Notes: generated from the letters alone by a model not told the origin. Positions 10,331-20,547 are shown, numbered from the stretch's first letter. The stretch is 60,292 bases of DNA from an uncultured Natronohydrobacter sp. (GCA_964401005.1 CAYNWX010000022.1:1-60292); one strand, 5' to 3'. Numbers and translations: made by a program.

Positions 10331-11412
10331 GAATTGTCCTTTTCGATATGCGACACGCCATCCCGGTCAGAGAGCGCGAAAACCTGCGCGCGCGCGCCAA
10401 GCTCTGCAAACAGCGCCGGCTCCGTTCCGGTCATGAAGCATTGCGCCCCCATGGCGCAAACCGCGTCATAAAGCGTCGCGCGGCGGTCGGCGTCAAGATG
10501 GGCCGCAACCTCGTCCAACAGCAGAATGGGCGGCGTGCCGGTTTTCGCGCGCAAAGCGCGGGCATTTGCCAAGATGGCAGAAATCAGGAAGGCTTTCTGC
10601 TCTCCGGTGGAGCATTGCGCGGCCTCCATCCCCTTCGCCACCCAGACCGCGCGCAAATCGGCGCGGTGCGGCCCGATCAAGCTACGTCCTGCGGCCATGT
10701 CGCGTGCACGATTTTCGGCCAAGGCAGCCGCAAGGTCTGACGGCGCGCTGCAGTCCAGCATGATCTCGGCCATTGGAAAAGGACTTCCCGGATCGGCATG
10801 CAAGGCCAATTCTGCCAAGGCCGCGCGCCGATTGGCGGTGATTTGGGTGCCTGCCTCAGCCATCTGCGCCTCTAACGCGGCGAACCAGCGCCCATCGCGT
10901 ACACCGTCGCGCAACAAGCGATTGCGCTCGCGCATCGCCTTGTCATAGGCCAAGACCTGCACGGCGTGATCGGGCGCAAAGCTGAGGGTTGTGCGGTCCA
11001 GAAACCGCCGCCGCCCCTCTGCCCCTTCCAGCCAAAGCCGGTCCATCGCGGGTGTCAGCCACAGCATGGGTGCGAGTGCACCAAGGGCGAGTTGCGTGCT
11101 GGCCTTGTCGTCAATGCGCACTTGGCGCGATTGTCCGGGTTCGGCCCAAGTTTCGACCCCGCGCGGGCCAGACGTCGTTGCGAATTCCGCGCGCAACTTC
11201 CACCCCAGCGCTTGCGGGCGGCGCGCTATGTCTTCCGATGCTGCACGTCGCAACCCACGACCGGGCGAAAAAAGCGAAATCGCTTCCAGAATATTCGTCT
11301 TGCCAGAGCCATTAGGCCCGAATAGCGCCACAGGCCGCCCGTCAAAAATCAGCCGCGTGCGCAGATGCGAGCGGAAATGCGATAGGGTCAGATAGGCGAT
11401 ATAAACGGACAT
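10327..11412 (-). CDS. recF: DNA replication/repair protein RecF
   Basis: GPNGSGKTNILEA, STGEQK, LLDEVAAHLD; follows dnaN. Confidence 0.97.
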   Translation of the reverse strand: MSVYIAYLTLSHFRSHLRTRLIFDGRPVALFGPNGSGKTNILEAISLFSPGRGLRRAASEDIARRPQALGWKLRAEFATTSGPRGVETWAEPGQSRQVRIDDKASTQLALGALAPMLWLTPAMDRLWLEGAEGRRRFLDRTTLSFAPDHAVQVLAYDKAMRERNRLLRDGVRDGRWFAALEAQMAEAGTQITANRRAALAELALHADPGSPFPMAEIMLDCSAPSDLAAALAENRARDMAAGRSLIGPHRADLRAVWVAKGMEAAQCSTGEQKAFLISAILANARALRAKTGTPPILLLDEVAAHLDADRRATLYDAVCAMGAQCFMTGTEPALFAELGARAQVFALSDRDGVSHIEKDNS

Positions 11413-11434
11413 GGCCCCGCAATCTGTCAGGGGC

Positions 11435-11458
11435 GGTGCGTGCGAACACGCACCCTAC
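11435..11458 (-). repeat. GTAG-type REP palindrome
   Basis: Minus strand reads GTAG-GGTGCGTG-TTCG-CACGCACC, in the dnaN-recF spacer. Confidence 0.7.
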
Positions 11459-11476
11459 GGTTTCAGCGAAGGGTGC

Positions 11477-12595
11477 CTACACCCGCATCGGCATCACGAC
11501 ATAAACTGCAGATGTGTCATTGCCTTCGCGCATCAGCGTCGGATCACCAGAGGAATTGAACAGGAACACCGCATTCTCACGATCTACCTGATTGGCTATC
11601 TCTAGCAAGTATTTCGCATTGAAACCAATTTCCAATCGCTCGTCAGAATAGGCGACGATCAGTTCTTCCTCTGCCGCGCCGCTATCAGGGGCATTCACGG
11701 ATAGGACCAGTTTGTCGTCCTCCAGCACCATCTTCACAGCGCGCGACCGCTCTGACGAGACGGTGGCAACCCGGTCCACGGCTTTGGCGAAATCCCCGGC
11801 GTCCACCTCCAACCGCTTGGTATTCCCCGACGGAATGACGCGGGTATAATCGGGGAAGGTGCCGTCAATGACCTTGGATGTCAGCGTGATGTCAGGGGTT
11901 GCGAACCGGATCTTGGTTTCCGACACCGATACCGCGATCTGCATGTCGTCATCTTCCAGAAGCTTGCGCAATTCTGCCACGGTCTTGCGCGGCACGATCA
12001 CACCCGGCATTGCCTCTGCGCCTTCGGGCAAGGGCGCGTCGACCCGCGCCAGACGGTGCCCGTCCGTCGCCACGCACCGCAATACGCGCCCGCCTTCACC
12101 TTCGGCCACATGCAGGTAGACGCCGTTCAGGTAATAGCGCGTCTCCTCGGTCGAGATGGCGAATTTCGACTTGTCGAACAACCGCCGCAGCGCCTTGGCA
12201 GGGGCCGAGAAATTGGCCGAATATTCGCTTGACGCCATGACCGGGAAATCTTCTTTCGGAAGTGTGGCCAACGCAAAGCTGGACCGACCGGCCGTGACCT
12301 GCAACCGCCCGGAGCGGCTATCATCCGCCAGTTCTACCATCGCACCGTCAGGCAGTTTGCGCACGATTTCATGCAGCAGAACCGCCGAAACCGTAGTCGC
12401 GCCTGCGCGTTCCACCATTGCGGGCGCACGGTCCAACACCTCTACATCAAGGTCGGTCGCTCGGAAACTGATCTGCGCATCTTCGGCTTCGATCAAGACA
12501 TTGGCCAAGATCGGGATCGTGTTGCGCCGCTCCACTACGGATTGCGCCTGTGATACGGCCTTCAAAAGCGCCGCCCGCTCAATGCTGATCTTCAT
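11477..12595 (-). CDS. dnaN: DNA polymerase III beta clamp
   Basis: ERRNTIPILANV, STEETRYYLNG, ATDGHRLA, VVMPMRV. Confidence 0.99.
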   Translation of the reverse strand: MKISIERAALLKAVSQAQSVVERRNTIPILANVLIEAEDAQISFRATDLDVEVLDRAPAMVERAGATTVSAVLLHEIVRKLPDGAMVELADDSRSGRLQVTAGRSSFALATLPKEDFPVMASSEYSANFSAPAKALRRLFDKSKFAISTEETRYYLNGVYLHVAEGEGGRVLRCVATDGHRLARVDAPLPEGAEAMPGVIVPRKTVAELRKLLEDDDMQIAVSVSETKIRFATPDITLTSKVIDGTFPDYTRVIPSGNTKRLEVDAGDFAKAVDRVATVSSERSRAVKMVLEDDKLVLSVNAPDSGAAEEELIVAYSDERLEIGFNAKYLLEIANQVDRENAVFLFNSSGDPTLMREGNDTSAVYVVMPMRV

Positions 12596-12705
12596 ACGCT
12601 CGATCCTTCTTCACATGCCGCAAACCGCTAAGCCCACTTACCCAAAGGTTACCGGAGCCTAGCCAATTCCGCTGGCGCGGCAAGGTGCTTTTTGGGCTGT
12701 TCGCG

Positions 12706-14043
12706 TTAGCTTTGCAACAGGCGACGCAACAAATCGACGTCTTCGGCCAGTTGGCTATCGGTCGCGCGCATTTCTTCGACCTTGCGCACGCCATAAAGGA
12801 TCGTGGTGTGATCGCGCCCGCCAAAACGGCGACCGATCTCGGGCAAGGAGCGCGAGGTCAGTTCTTTCGCCAGATACATCGCAATCTGACGGGGGCGGGC
12901 AATGTTGCGCGCCCGCTTTGGCCCAAGCATGTCTGACAAACGAATGTTGAAATGCTCTGATACTTTGCGCTGAATTTCCTCGACCGTCACACGGCGGTCA
13001 GAGCTGCGCAAAAGGTCCGACAAGCAGTCTTGTGCCATATCCAGCGTAATTTCCTGCCCGATCAGGTTTGAAAACGCGAAAAGCCGCTGCAACGCACCCT
13101 CCAGCACCCGCACATTATTGGTGATGCGGTGCGCGAGGAATTCAAACACCCCGTCACCAACACGCACCGGCCCCAACGTGTCTGCAAAGCTGGCCGCCTT
13201 GCGGTGAAGAATACCAAGGCGCAATTCATAATCCGTCGGGTGCAAATCAACCACCAGCCCACATTGCATGCGCGAAGTGATCCGATCTTCCAGATCCTTG
13301 ATCTCTCCGGGGGCGCGATCGGCGGAGATGATGATCTGCTTGTTTTGGTCTACCAATGCGTTGAACGTATGAAAAAATTCTTCCTGAGTGCTATCTTTCC
13401 CGGCAATGAATTGAACATCGTCAACCATCAAAACATCGACAGAGCGGAAGATATTTTTGAAATCCATGATCTGGCGATCGCGCAGCGCCTGCACGAAGCG
13501 ATACATGAATTGTTCCGCCGAGAGATACAGCACCTGCAAGTCTGGCCGCGTCTGCTGCAAGTCATGCGCGATGGCATGCATCAGATGCGTCTTGCCCAAG
13601 CCTACCCCCCCGTACAAAAATAGGGGATTAAACGTAACTGGTCCACCTTCGGCAACGCGCTTTGCCGCAGCATGCGCCAATTCGTTGGGTTTACCCACCA
13701 CAAAGTTGTCGAAGGTATAGCGCCCCTCTAACGGTGCGCTTTCTAAGATACTGCTGGTTTCGGCTATTGCACTGGCCGGTTTTGGCTGGCGGGGCGTTGG
13801 GCTTGCCTCTACCGCAAATTCCAGATGGTTCAGGTCAGTGTGCTCAAGCCGCAAACGTGCCACGATGTTGTCGTGATAGTTGCGCTTGACCCAATCCCCG
13901 ACGAACCGCGACGGCGCCCGCAAGCGCGCCACGCCATTTTCGACGCCGACAAGCTCGAGCGGTTCTATCCAGCTTTTATAGCTGCTTTCACCCAGTTCTT
14001 GCCGCAGTTCCTTTGAAACCTTAGACCATTGCTGAGCGATCAT
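12706..14043 (-). CDS. dnaA: Chromosomal replication initiator DnaA
   Basis: YTFDNFVVG, NPLFLYGGVGLGKTHL, GGRDHTT. Confidence 0.99.
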   Translation of the reverse strand: MIAQQWSKVSKELRQELGESSYKSWIEPLELVGVENGVARLRAPSRFVGDWVKRNYHDNIVARLRLEHTDLNHLEFAVEASPTPRQPKPASAIAETSSILESAPLEGRYTFDNFVVGKPNELAHAAAKRVAEGGPVTFNPLFLYGGVGLGKTHLMHAIAHDLQQTRPDLQVLYLSAEQFMYRFVQALRDRQIMDFKNIFRSVDVLMVDDVQFIAGKDSTQEEFFHTFNALVDQNKQIIISADRAPGEIKDLEDRITSRMQCGLVVDLHPTDYELRLGILHRKAASFADTLGPVRVGDGVFEFLAHRITNNVRVLEGALQRLFAFSNLIGQEITLDMAQDCLSDLLRSSDRRVTVEEIQRKVSEHFNIRLSDMLGPKRARNIARPRQIAMYLAKELTSRSLPEIGRRFGGRDHTTILYGVRKVEEMRATDSQLAEDVDLLRRLLQS

Positions 14044-14382
14044 AACCCCGACCCATTGTTCTTGTTTTCCACGTCAATTACGACAGACCTGTTACACCGC
14101 CCACACCGGTTGGACGCTAAAACAGACTCTGGCCGGGTTCCGGCATTCCGTGATCTCTGGGGAAGAGCGGGAAAACCGCACCATTGAAGTGCCGCCATCC
14201 CGTCACGTCAAAGAAAAGGCACTACTCGCGCCTTTACCCTAACTCGTCCCCCCCAGGACTCCGTGACTCGCATACAGACATTAGCAACGGGCTTTGGCAC
14301 AGCGCAACACAACAACGCTCTTGACCTTCGGCAAGGCTGAAAAGAATCATATCGCGTGCTTATTCCGACATGGGGCAAACCA

Positions 14383-14409
14383 AAAAAGCGCGCCCTAAGC
14401 GCGCTTTTT
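14383..14409 (-). terminator. Terminator after rpsT (bidirectional form)
   Basis: AAAAAGCGCGC-cctaa-GCGCGCTTTTT. Confidence 0.85.
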
Positions 14410-14428
14410 CAATAATAATTTCAAAAGC

Positions 14429-14701
14429 TTACGCTTCCGCGCCCAAGGCTTTAACGCGTGCTGAAAGACGCGACATTTTGCGAGCAACCGTGTTTTTGTG
14501 CAACACACCCTTGGTCACACCACGGGACAGTTCAGGCTGTGCCGCGCGCAAGGCTTCGGTCGCTTTGGTCTGGTCGCCAGAGGCGATGGCCTCTTCCACT
14601 TTACGCAGGTAACTGCGGATGCGCGAGCGGCGCGCCTTGTTAATGTCGGTGCGGCGCTCTGCCTGACGGGCGCGCTTTTTGGATTGAGGAGTGTTTGCCA
14701 T
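14429..14701 (-). CDS. rpsT: 30S ribosomal protein S20
   Basis: [13 protein letters not shown]...[16 protein letters not shown]. Confidence 0.99.
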   Translation of the reverse strand: MANTPQSKKRARQAERRTDINKARRSRIRSYLRKVEEAIASGDQTKATEALRAAQPELSRGVTKGVLHKNTVARKMSRLSARVKALGAEA

Positions 14702-14850
14702 TTTGCGTGTCTTCTCTTCGGGTTCGTTACAATTCTGTCGCGCAACGGACCCGACTGGCCGAAACGACCACGGTCAAAACTTGCCTTAAGCGGGCCCACG
14801 CGCATGTGGGACGCTCCATACGCCAAGCCCATGCGAAAGGAAAGGGGCAA

Positions 14851-15627
14851 TTACTGGTCGCGGAATTGCGCCGTGCGCTTTTCCAAGAAGGCCTGCATTC
14901 CTTCGACCCGGTCCTCGGTGGCAAACATCATGTGGAACATCCGCCGCTCGAATAACAGTCCTTCGCGCAAACTGCCCTCATAAGCACGGCTGACCGATTC
15001 TTTGACCGCCAATGTGGTGATCTGCGACTTCTCGGCAATCTTGCCCGCCGCCAACATGGCTTCGTCCATAAGCTTTTTCGCAGGCACAACCCGGCTGACC
15101 AAACCTGCGCGCTCGGCTTCCTCGGCATCCATGAAACGCCCGGTCAGGTGCATGTCCATCGCTTTCGACATACCCACCAGCCGTGTTAGGCGCTGGGTGC
15201 CGCCCATGCCCGCGACAATACCAAGGTTGATTTCGGGCTGCCCGAATTTCGCGGTGTCTGCTGCGATGATGAAATCGCACATCATCGCCAATTCACATCC
15301 ACCGCCCAACGCATAGCCCGCCACAGCGGCAATCACCGGTTTGCGCAGCGCCGCGATAGCATCGCAGGCCGGGCCGAACAGGTCTTCCTGATACGCCTCG
15401 ACAAAGCTTTTGTCGGCCATTTCCTTGACATCGGCCCCGGCCGCAAAGGCCTTGTCGGACCCTGTCAGCACCATGCAGCGCACCTTGTCATTGCTGTCTG
15501 CCGCACGCATCGCCTCTGTCAGTTCCGACAAAAGCTTGGTGTTCAGCGCGTTCATCGCATCGGGACGGTTCAGGCGGATCAGCGCCACATGGTCCTTGAT
15601 GTCGACGATCAGCGTTTCATAGGCCAT
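14851..15627 (-). CDS. Enoyl-CoA hydratase
   Basis: AFAAGADVKEM, ALGGGCELA, FGQPEI crotonase motifs. Confidence 0.95.
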   Translation of the reverse strand: MAYETLIVDIKDHVALIRLNRPDAMNALNTKLLSELTEAMRAADSNDKVRCMVLTGSDKAFAAGADVKEMADKSFVEAYQEDLFGPACDAIAALRKPVIAAVAGYALGGGCELAMMCDFIIAADTAKFGQPEINLGIVAGMGGTQRLTRLVGMSKAMDMHLTGRFMDAEEAERAGLVSRVVPAKKLMDEAMLAAGKIAEKSQITTLAVKESVSRAYEGSLREGLLFERRMFHMMFATEDRVEGMQAFLEKRTAQFRDQ

Positions 15628-15709
15628 GTTTTGGCACCTTGTCTGTTTCGGTCAGTCCTCTGCCTTACCAGCTTGGCCCCTAGGTTCAAGAGATGTCGGG
15701 CGCTCGGCC

Positions 15710-16573
15710 CTAGTGCTGGCAGCTTGCGCAATAGAAGCTTGATCGCCCCGATTGCACGATACGGCGCACTTGGCCACTGCATCCGGGCTGCTTGCAGGCT
15801 AGGCCCTCGCGCCCGTAAACCTTGAAACCATGTTGAAAATAGCCCAAGGCCCCGTCGGCTTGGCGGTAGTCGCGCAAGGACGATCCGCCCGCCGCAATGG
15901 CCTCTGTCAGCGTGGCGCGAATTTCGTTCACCAACCGCTCCAACCGCGCCGCGCCTATTCTATGGGCGGCGCGCGCGGGGTGAATGCCGCAGCGGTGCAG
16001 CGCCTCGCACACATAGATATTGCCAAGGCCTGCCACGATTCGTTGATCCAGTAGGGCAGATTTGATCGGTGTGCGCTTGCCAGCCAGTTGCTTGACCAGA
16101 TAAACTCCGTTCAACCCGTTGCCCAAAGGTTCTGGCCCGATTTGCGCCAATAGCTTGTGGCTGTCCTGCGCATCGGTGCCGCACAGGTCCATCGCCCCAA
16201 AACGGCGCGGGTCGTTGAAGGTCACGCGCGCACCATTTCCCATGTGAAAGATCACATGGTCATGCTTTTCCAGCGCCGGGTGGTCAAAGTGGAACTTGCC
16301 CGGGACATGCGGCGCCGCCAGCCCCGTCACAGTCATCCGCCCCGACATGCCCAGATGCACGATCAGCGTTTCACCCCGGTCCAGATCGGCCAACAGGTAT
16401 TTTGACCGTCTGCGCAGCGTCAGCACCCGCGCGCCGGTCAGCCGCGCGGCCATGTCGGGCGGAAAAGGCCAGCGCAGATCGGCGCGGCGCAATTCGGCGC
16501 GTTCGATCACCGCGCCTTCCATCGCGGGCAGCAACCCCCGGCGCACGGTTTCGACCTCTGGCAGTTCCGGCAT
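15710..16573 (-). CDS. mutM: Formamidopyrimidine-DNA glycosylase
   Basis: [24 protein letters not shown]-terminal zinc finger. Confidence 0.98.
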   Translation of the reverse strand: MPELPEVETVRRGLLPAMEGAVIERAELRRADLRWPFPPDMAARLTGARVLTLRRRSKYLLADLDRGETLIVHLGMSGRMTVTGLAAPHVPGKFHFDHPALEKHDHVIFHMGNGARVTFNDPRRFGAMDLCGTDAQDSHKLLAQIGPEPLGNGLNGVYLVKQLAGKRTPIKSALLDQRIVAGLGNIYVCEALHRCGIHPARAAHRIGAARLERLVNEIRATLTEAIAAGGSSLRDYRQADGALGYFQHGFKVYGREGLACKQPGCSGQVRRIVQSGRSSFYCASCQH

Positions 16574-16675
16574 TTGGCCCCCGACATGGCGCGAGGTCGC
16601 ATTGTATCGCGCCCCTCAAACTCTATAAGGAGGGGGAAGACGCCCCCGCAAGGGCCAAGCGAATGGAAGCACCCC

Positions 16676-17428
16676 ATGACCGACGACAAGACCACCACGC
16701 ATTTCGGCTTTCAAACGGTCGATGAAGACCAGAAAGCGGGCATGGTTCATGGCGTGTTTTCGTCGGTTGCGTCGAAATATGACGTGATGAATGACCTCAT
16801 GAGCATGGGCATTCACCGCCTCTGGAAAGATGCGATGATGGATTGGCTGGCCCCGCGCCCCGGGCAGCGCTTGCTGGATGTAGCAGGCGGCACGGGCGAT
16901 GTGGCGTTCCGTTTTCTGGAGCGCGCGGGCGCGGGCACCCATGCGACCGTGCTGGACATGACGGAATCGATGCTGCTGGCCGGCCAGACACGGGCAGAGG
17001 CCGAAAGCATGGCGGCATCCCTCGACTGGGTTGTCGGCGATGCGATGGCACTTCCGTTCGAGGATAACAGTTTCGACGTATATACGATCAGCTTCGGCAT
17101 TCGAAACGTGACTCGCGTTCAAGATGCGTTGACCGAAGCCTTCCGCGTGCTGCGCCCCGGTGGGCGGTTGATGGTGCTGGAGTTCAGCCAAATTCCGAAT
17201 GACCTGATGCAGAAGGTGTACGACCTTTATTCCTTCAACATCATCCCGCCCATGGGCAAACTGGTGACGGGCGACCGCGACAGCTATCAGTATCTGGTCG
17301 AGTCGATCCGCAAATTCCCCGATCAGGACACGTTTGCGGGCATGATCGCTGCTGCCGGGTTCGAGCAGGTGAAATACCGCAACCTGTCGATGGGCATCGC
17401 TGCGCTGCATTCGGGCTGGAAGATCTAA
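16676..17428 (+). CDS. ubiE: Ubiquinone/menaquinone C-methyltransferase
   Basis: [31 protein letters not shown]; ATG at 16676. Confidence 0.97.
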   Translation: MTDDKTTTHFGFQTVDEDQKAGMVHGVFSSVASKYDVMNDLMSMGIHRLWKDAMMDWLAPRPGQRLLDVAGGTGDVAFRFLERAGAGTHATVLDMTESMLLAGQTRAEAESMAASLDWVVGDAMALPFEDNSFDVYTISFGIRNVTRVQDALTEAFRVLRPGGRLMVLEFSQIPNDLMQKVYDLYSFNIIPPMGKLVTGDRDSYQYLVESIRKFPDQDTFAGMIAAAGFEQVKYRNLSMGIAALHSGWKI

Positions 17429-18958
17429 ATGCGCGGACCCCACAATATCTGGCGGCTGGTTCGAACCGGTGCCACGTTCGAACGCACCGGCGCCATGGCA
17501 GAGGTGCTGGAGGCGATGAATGCCCCTGCCCGCCTGCGGCTGGCCGCACGGGTGCTGGGCTGGCCGTTCAAGATGCTGGGGTTGAAGGGCGACGAGAGCC
17601 TGCCGCCCTTGGTGCGCGCGCTGACAGCACTTGGCCCGGCCTATATCAAGTTTGGCCAAACGCTGGCCACGCGCCCCGATGTGGTGGGGCAAGAACTGGC
17701 CGACCAGTTGCGCTACCTGCAAGACAAGCTGGCCCCCTTCCCGCGCGAGGAGGCGATTGCGCAGATCGAAGCGGAGCTGGGCCTAAAGCTGGCAGAAGCG
17801 TTTTCAGACCTGTCCGAGCCGGTTGCCGCCGCGTCTATCGCGCAGGTGCACCAGGCGCGGCTGGCCGAAACCGGCACGAAAGTCGCGGTGAAGGTGCTGC
17901 GCCCCGGCGTGGAACGCGCCTTTCGCCGCGATGTGGATGCGTTTCACTTGGCCGCCCAGATCATCGAAATGCTGCTGCCCAAATCACGCCGTCTGCGCCC
18001 GCTTGACGTAATCGCGCATTTTGAATCGCTGGTCGAAGGTGAGTTGGACCTGCGCATAGAGGCGGCATCGGCTGCCGAATTCGCGGCCAATACTGAAGGC
18101 GACGAGGGCTTCACCCTGCCCCGCCCGGTCTGGCACCTGTCGCAGCGCCGCGTGATGACGCTGGGATGGGCCGAAGGCGTGCCCATGGGCGACAACGCCG
18201 CTTTGGACGCTTTGGGCATTGACCGGCGCGAGTTGGGCACGCGCGTTCTGACCCTGTTCCTGCGCCATGCGCTGCGCGACGGGTTCTTTCACGGCGACAT
18301 GCACCAAGGGAACATGAAGGTCACGGCGGATGGTGGGATCATCGCGTTCGATTTTGGCATCATGGGCCGGATCGACGCCTATACACGCCGCGCCTATGCC
18401 GAAATCCTGTTTGGTTTCATTCGCAAGGATTACCGCCGCGTGGCCGAGGTTCATTTCGAGGCGGGCTATGTCCCCCCGGACCGCGACATCGACGATTTCG
18501 CGCGCGCGCTGCGGTCTGTGGGCGAGCCGATTTTCGGGATGGATGCGCGCTATATCTCCATGGCGAAGCTGCTGGCCTATTTGTTCGAGGTGACGGAACG
18601 TTTCGGCATGGAAACCCGGACCGAATTGATCTTGCTGCAACGCACCATGGTGGTGGTCGAAGGGGTCGCGCGCTCGCTGAACCCAGAGATCAACATGTGG
18701 CAGGTCGCCAAACCGGTGGTCGAGGAATATGTCCGCACACATGTTGGCCCGCAAGCTTTCGCCCGTGATCTGGCACTGACTGCAAAAATCCTGTCGCGTT
18801 TTGGCCCGCGTTTGCCGCGACTGGTGGAAGAGGCATTGATAGCGCAGGCCCATCCAAAACCCGAACCCTCTACCACGCGTCGCGTTGGCCCGCTGGGGTA
18901 TGGGCTGGCGGGCGGTGCCCTTGTCGCGGTTGGGGTTGCAATTGGAGCGGCATTATAA
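17429..18958 (+). CDS. ubiB: Ubiquinone biosynthesis protein UbiB
   Basis: LGPAYIKFGQ, AAASIAQVH, VAVKVLRP, FFHGDMHQGN, DFGIMG. Confidence 0.97.
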   Translation: MRGPHNIWRLVRTGATFERTGAMAEVLEAMNAPARLRLAARVLGWPFKMLGLKGDESLPPLVRALTALGPAYIKFGQTLATRPDVVGQELADQLRYLQDKLAPFPREEAIAQIEAELGLKLAEAFSDLSEPVAAASIAQVHQARLAETGTKVAVKVLRPGVERAFRRDVDAFHLAAQIIEMLLPKSRRLRPLDVIAHFESLVEGELDLRIEAASAAEFAANTEGDEGFTLPRPVWHLSQRRVMTLGWAEGVPMGDNAALDALGIDRRELGTRVLTLFLRHALRDGFFHGDMHQGNMKVTADGGIIAFDFGIMGRIDAYTRRAYAEILFGFIRKDYRRVAEVHFEAGYVPPDRDIDDFARALRSVGEPIFGMDARYISMAKLLAYLFEVTERFGMETRTELILLQRTMVVVEGVARSLNPEINMWQVAKPVVEEYVRTHVGPQAFARDLALTAKILSRFGPRLPRLVEEALIAQAHPKPEPSTTRRVGPLGYGLAGGALVAVGVAIGAAL

Positions 18959-18977
18959 GCCGCCGCGCAAAGCTGTA

Positions 18978-19781
18978 TCATCGGAACCCCACCGGCAAAT
19001 TAAATTGATGCGTTCCGCTCACGCCATCCGGCGCTCGTGGCAGGCGGGCGCGCTGCACGGCGCGCAATGCCGCTTGGTCTAGCGCCGCATTGCCAGAACT
19101 GCCGGTGATGCTGACTCCCGCCAATTGCCCACCCGCTGTGACCGCCAGCCGCAACCGAACGACCCCACTGGCATTGGTCCGGGGCCGCGTCTGTGCGCGT
19201 TGCACAGACGCGCGAATGCGCCCACCCCATTCCGCCAGCGCGCTTGCACTATAACCTCCACCGCTTTGCACCTGCGCGGCGCCTTGGCCGCTTTGCGCAC
19301 GCGCCCCCTGCCCGCTGGCGCGCTGCGCGGGTGGGCTGGCGCGGGGCGCGGGGGAAGCGGTGTTGGCCTTTGGATCGAGGCGGGCGCGCGGCCGGACCTC
19401 TGGCGGGGTCTGAGGCAGGGCAAATATTTGGGGCAGGTCTGGCACGGGCACGCGCGGCGCGCTTTCCACCTTCGGCGCGACCATGCCCGGCAATTCTGGC
19501 AAAGCCTGAGGCGCAAGCGCTTGCAGCGCATCGGGGGGCGTGCCGGGGTCCGGGGGCGCGAAAGGCTCTGGCGGGGCACCAACCGAAACCGGCGCGTCCC
19601 ATCTGCGCACCAGCGCGGCAAGCGCGGGGTCTGCCGCGCCTATTGGGGCCGCAACGGTCACGGCGTTTTCGCCACTCGCCCCGCCCGCCGCCGTTCCGTC
19701 CGGGGCGATAGCCGCGAAAGCCGCCAGATGCGCCACAAGCGCAACTGTGCCGAAACCCAAAAGCTCTGCCGTGGCGCGCAT
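18978..19781 (-). CDS. tonB: TonB family energy transducer
   Basis: N-terminal TM with His, Pro/Ala-rich linker, TonB_C (SSGNAALDQAALRAV); TGATG overlap with exbD. Confidence 0.85.
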   Translation of the reverse strand: MRATAELLGFGTVALVAHLAAFAAIAPDGTAAGGASGENAVTVAAPIGAADPALAALVRRWDAPVSVGAPPEPFAPPDPGTPPDALQALAPQALPELPGMVAPKVESAPRVPVPDLPQIFALPQTPPEVRPRARLDPKANTASPAPRASPPAQRASGQGARAQSGQGAAQVQSGGGYSASALAEWGGRIRASVQRAQTRPRTNASGVVRLRLAVTAGGQLAGVSITGSSGNAALDQAALRAVQRARLPRAPDGVSGTHQFNLPVGFR

Positions 19782-20158
19782 CAGCCGCCTCCTTGGCGCG
19801 CAACCAAGGTCACCTCGCGCACGCCCGCGCTGGCCAGATCGCGCAACACCCGCGCCAGATCGGCCGCAGGCGCATCGGCATCCGCGCGCAAGCTGACTGC
19901 GGGGCCAAGCGCGCCCATATCGGGCGCAAGCCCATCTGCGGTCAGCAAAACGCCTTCCCCGCCAAGCCACAGCACTTGCATGTCTGTCGGCGCAGGACCG
20001 TCGGCCAGTACCACGCTTGGCGGCATAATATCGACAGGGTCGGGCGGGGCGATCTGCGCACTCATCAGGAAAAAGATCAGCAGCAGGAACACCACGTTTA
20101 TCATGGGGACCACGCTTTCGCGTGGGCCACGGGGCCGAGAGGGGGGCGCGAAATCCAT
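19781..20158 (-). CDS. exbD: ExbD/TolR family protein (TM Asp replaced by Asn)
   Basis: ESVVPMINVVFLLLIFFLM; LRADADA. Confidence 0.88.
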   Translation of the reverse strand: MDFAPPSRPRGPRESVVPMINVVFLLLIFFLMSAQIAPPDPVDIMPPSVVLADGPAPTDMQVLWLGGEGVLLTADGLAPDMGALGPAVSLRADADAPAADLARVLRDLASAGVREVTLVARQGGG

Positions 20159-20547
20159 CACGGCTCCATCAAGACAAGGGCCGACACGTCGGACGCGCGC
20201 AGCGCGTCCGTCAGCGTTGCCACATCTTGCACATTTGCCCCGTCGCGCGGACGCAGCACAATCAGCGCATCGGGCGAGGGCATGAGCGGGGCCAACGCGT
20301 CGGGCAAGTCAGCCAGATCAGTCTTGGTCCCGTTCAGCCAGACCGCGCCGCCCGCAAATTCGACCAGACGGGGCGGGCCGGAATAGCTGCCCGCAGCCTG
20401 CCCGGCCGGGGCCAAGGCCAGCCCAACATCCTGCCCGAAGCGCGCCGCCAGCATGAAGAAGACCAGAAGCAAGAACACCACGTCGATCATGGGGGTCAGC
20501 GCAGGGCGGCGCGGTGGCCGGGCAGTGGGGCCGAAACGAAACATCAT
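20158..20547 (-). CDS. exbD: ExbD/TolR family protein
   Basis: ALTPMIDVVFLLLVFFML. Confidence 0.9.
   Translation of the reverse strand: MMFRFGPTARPPRRPALTPMIDVVFLLLVFFMLAARFGQDVGLALAPAGQAAGSYSGPPRLVEFAGGAVWLNGTKTDLADLPDALAPLMPSPDALIVLRPRDGANVQDVATLTDALRASDVSALVLMEP

Noticed and set aside
14044-14428. oriC next to dnaA
   Set aside because: Only one near-match DnaA box and no AT-rich unwinding repeat; it reads better as promoter/leader.
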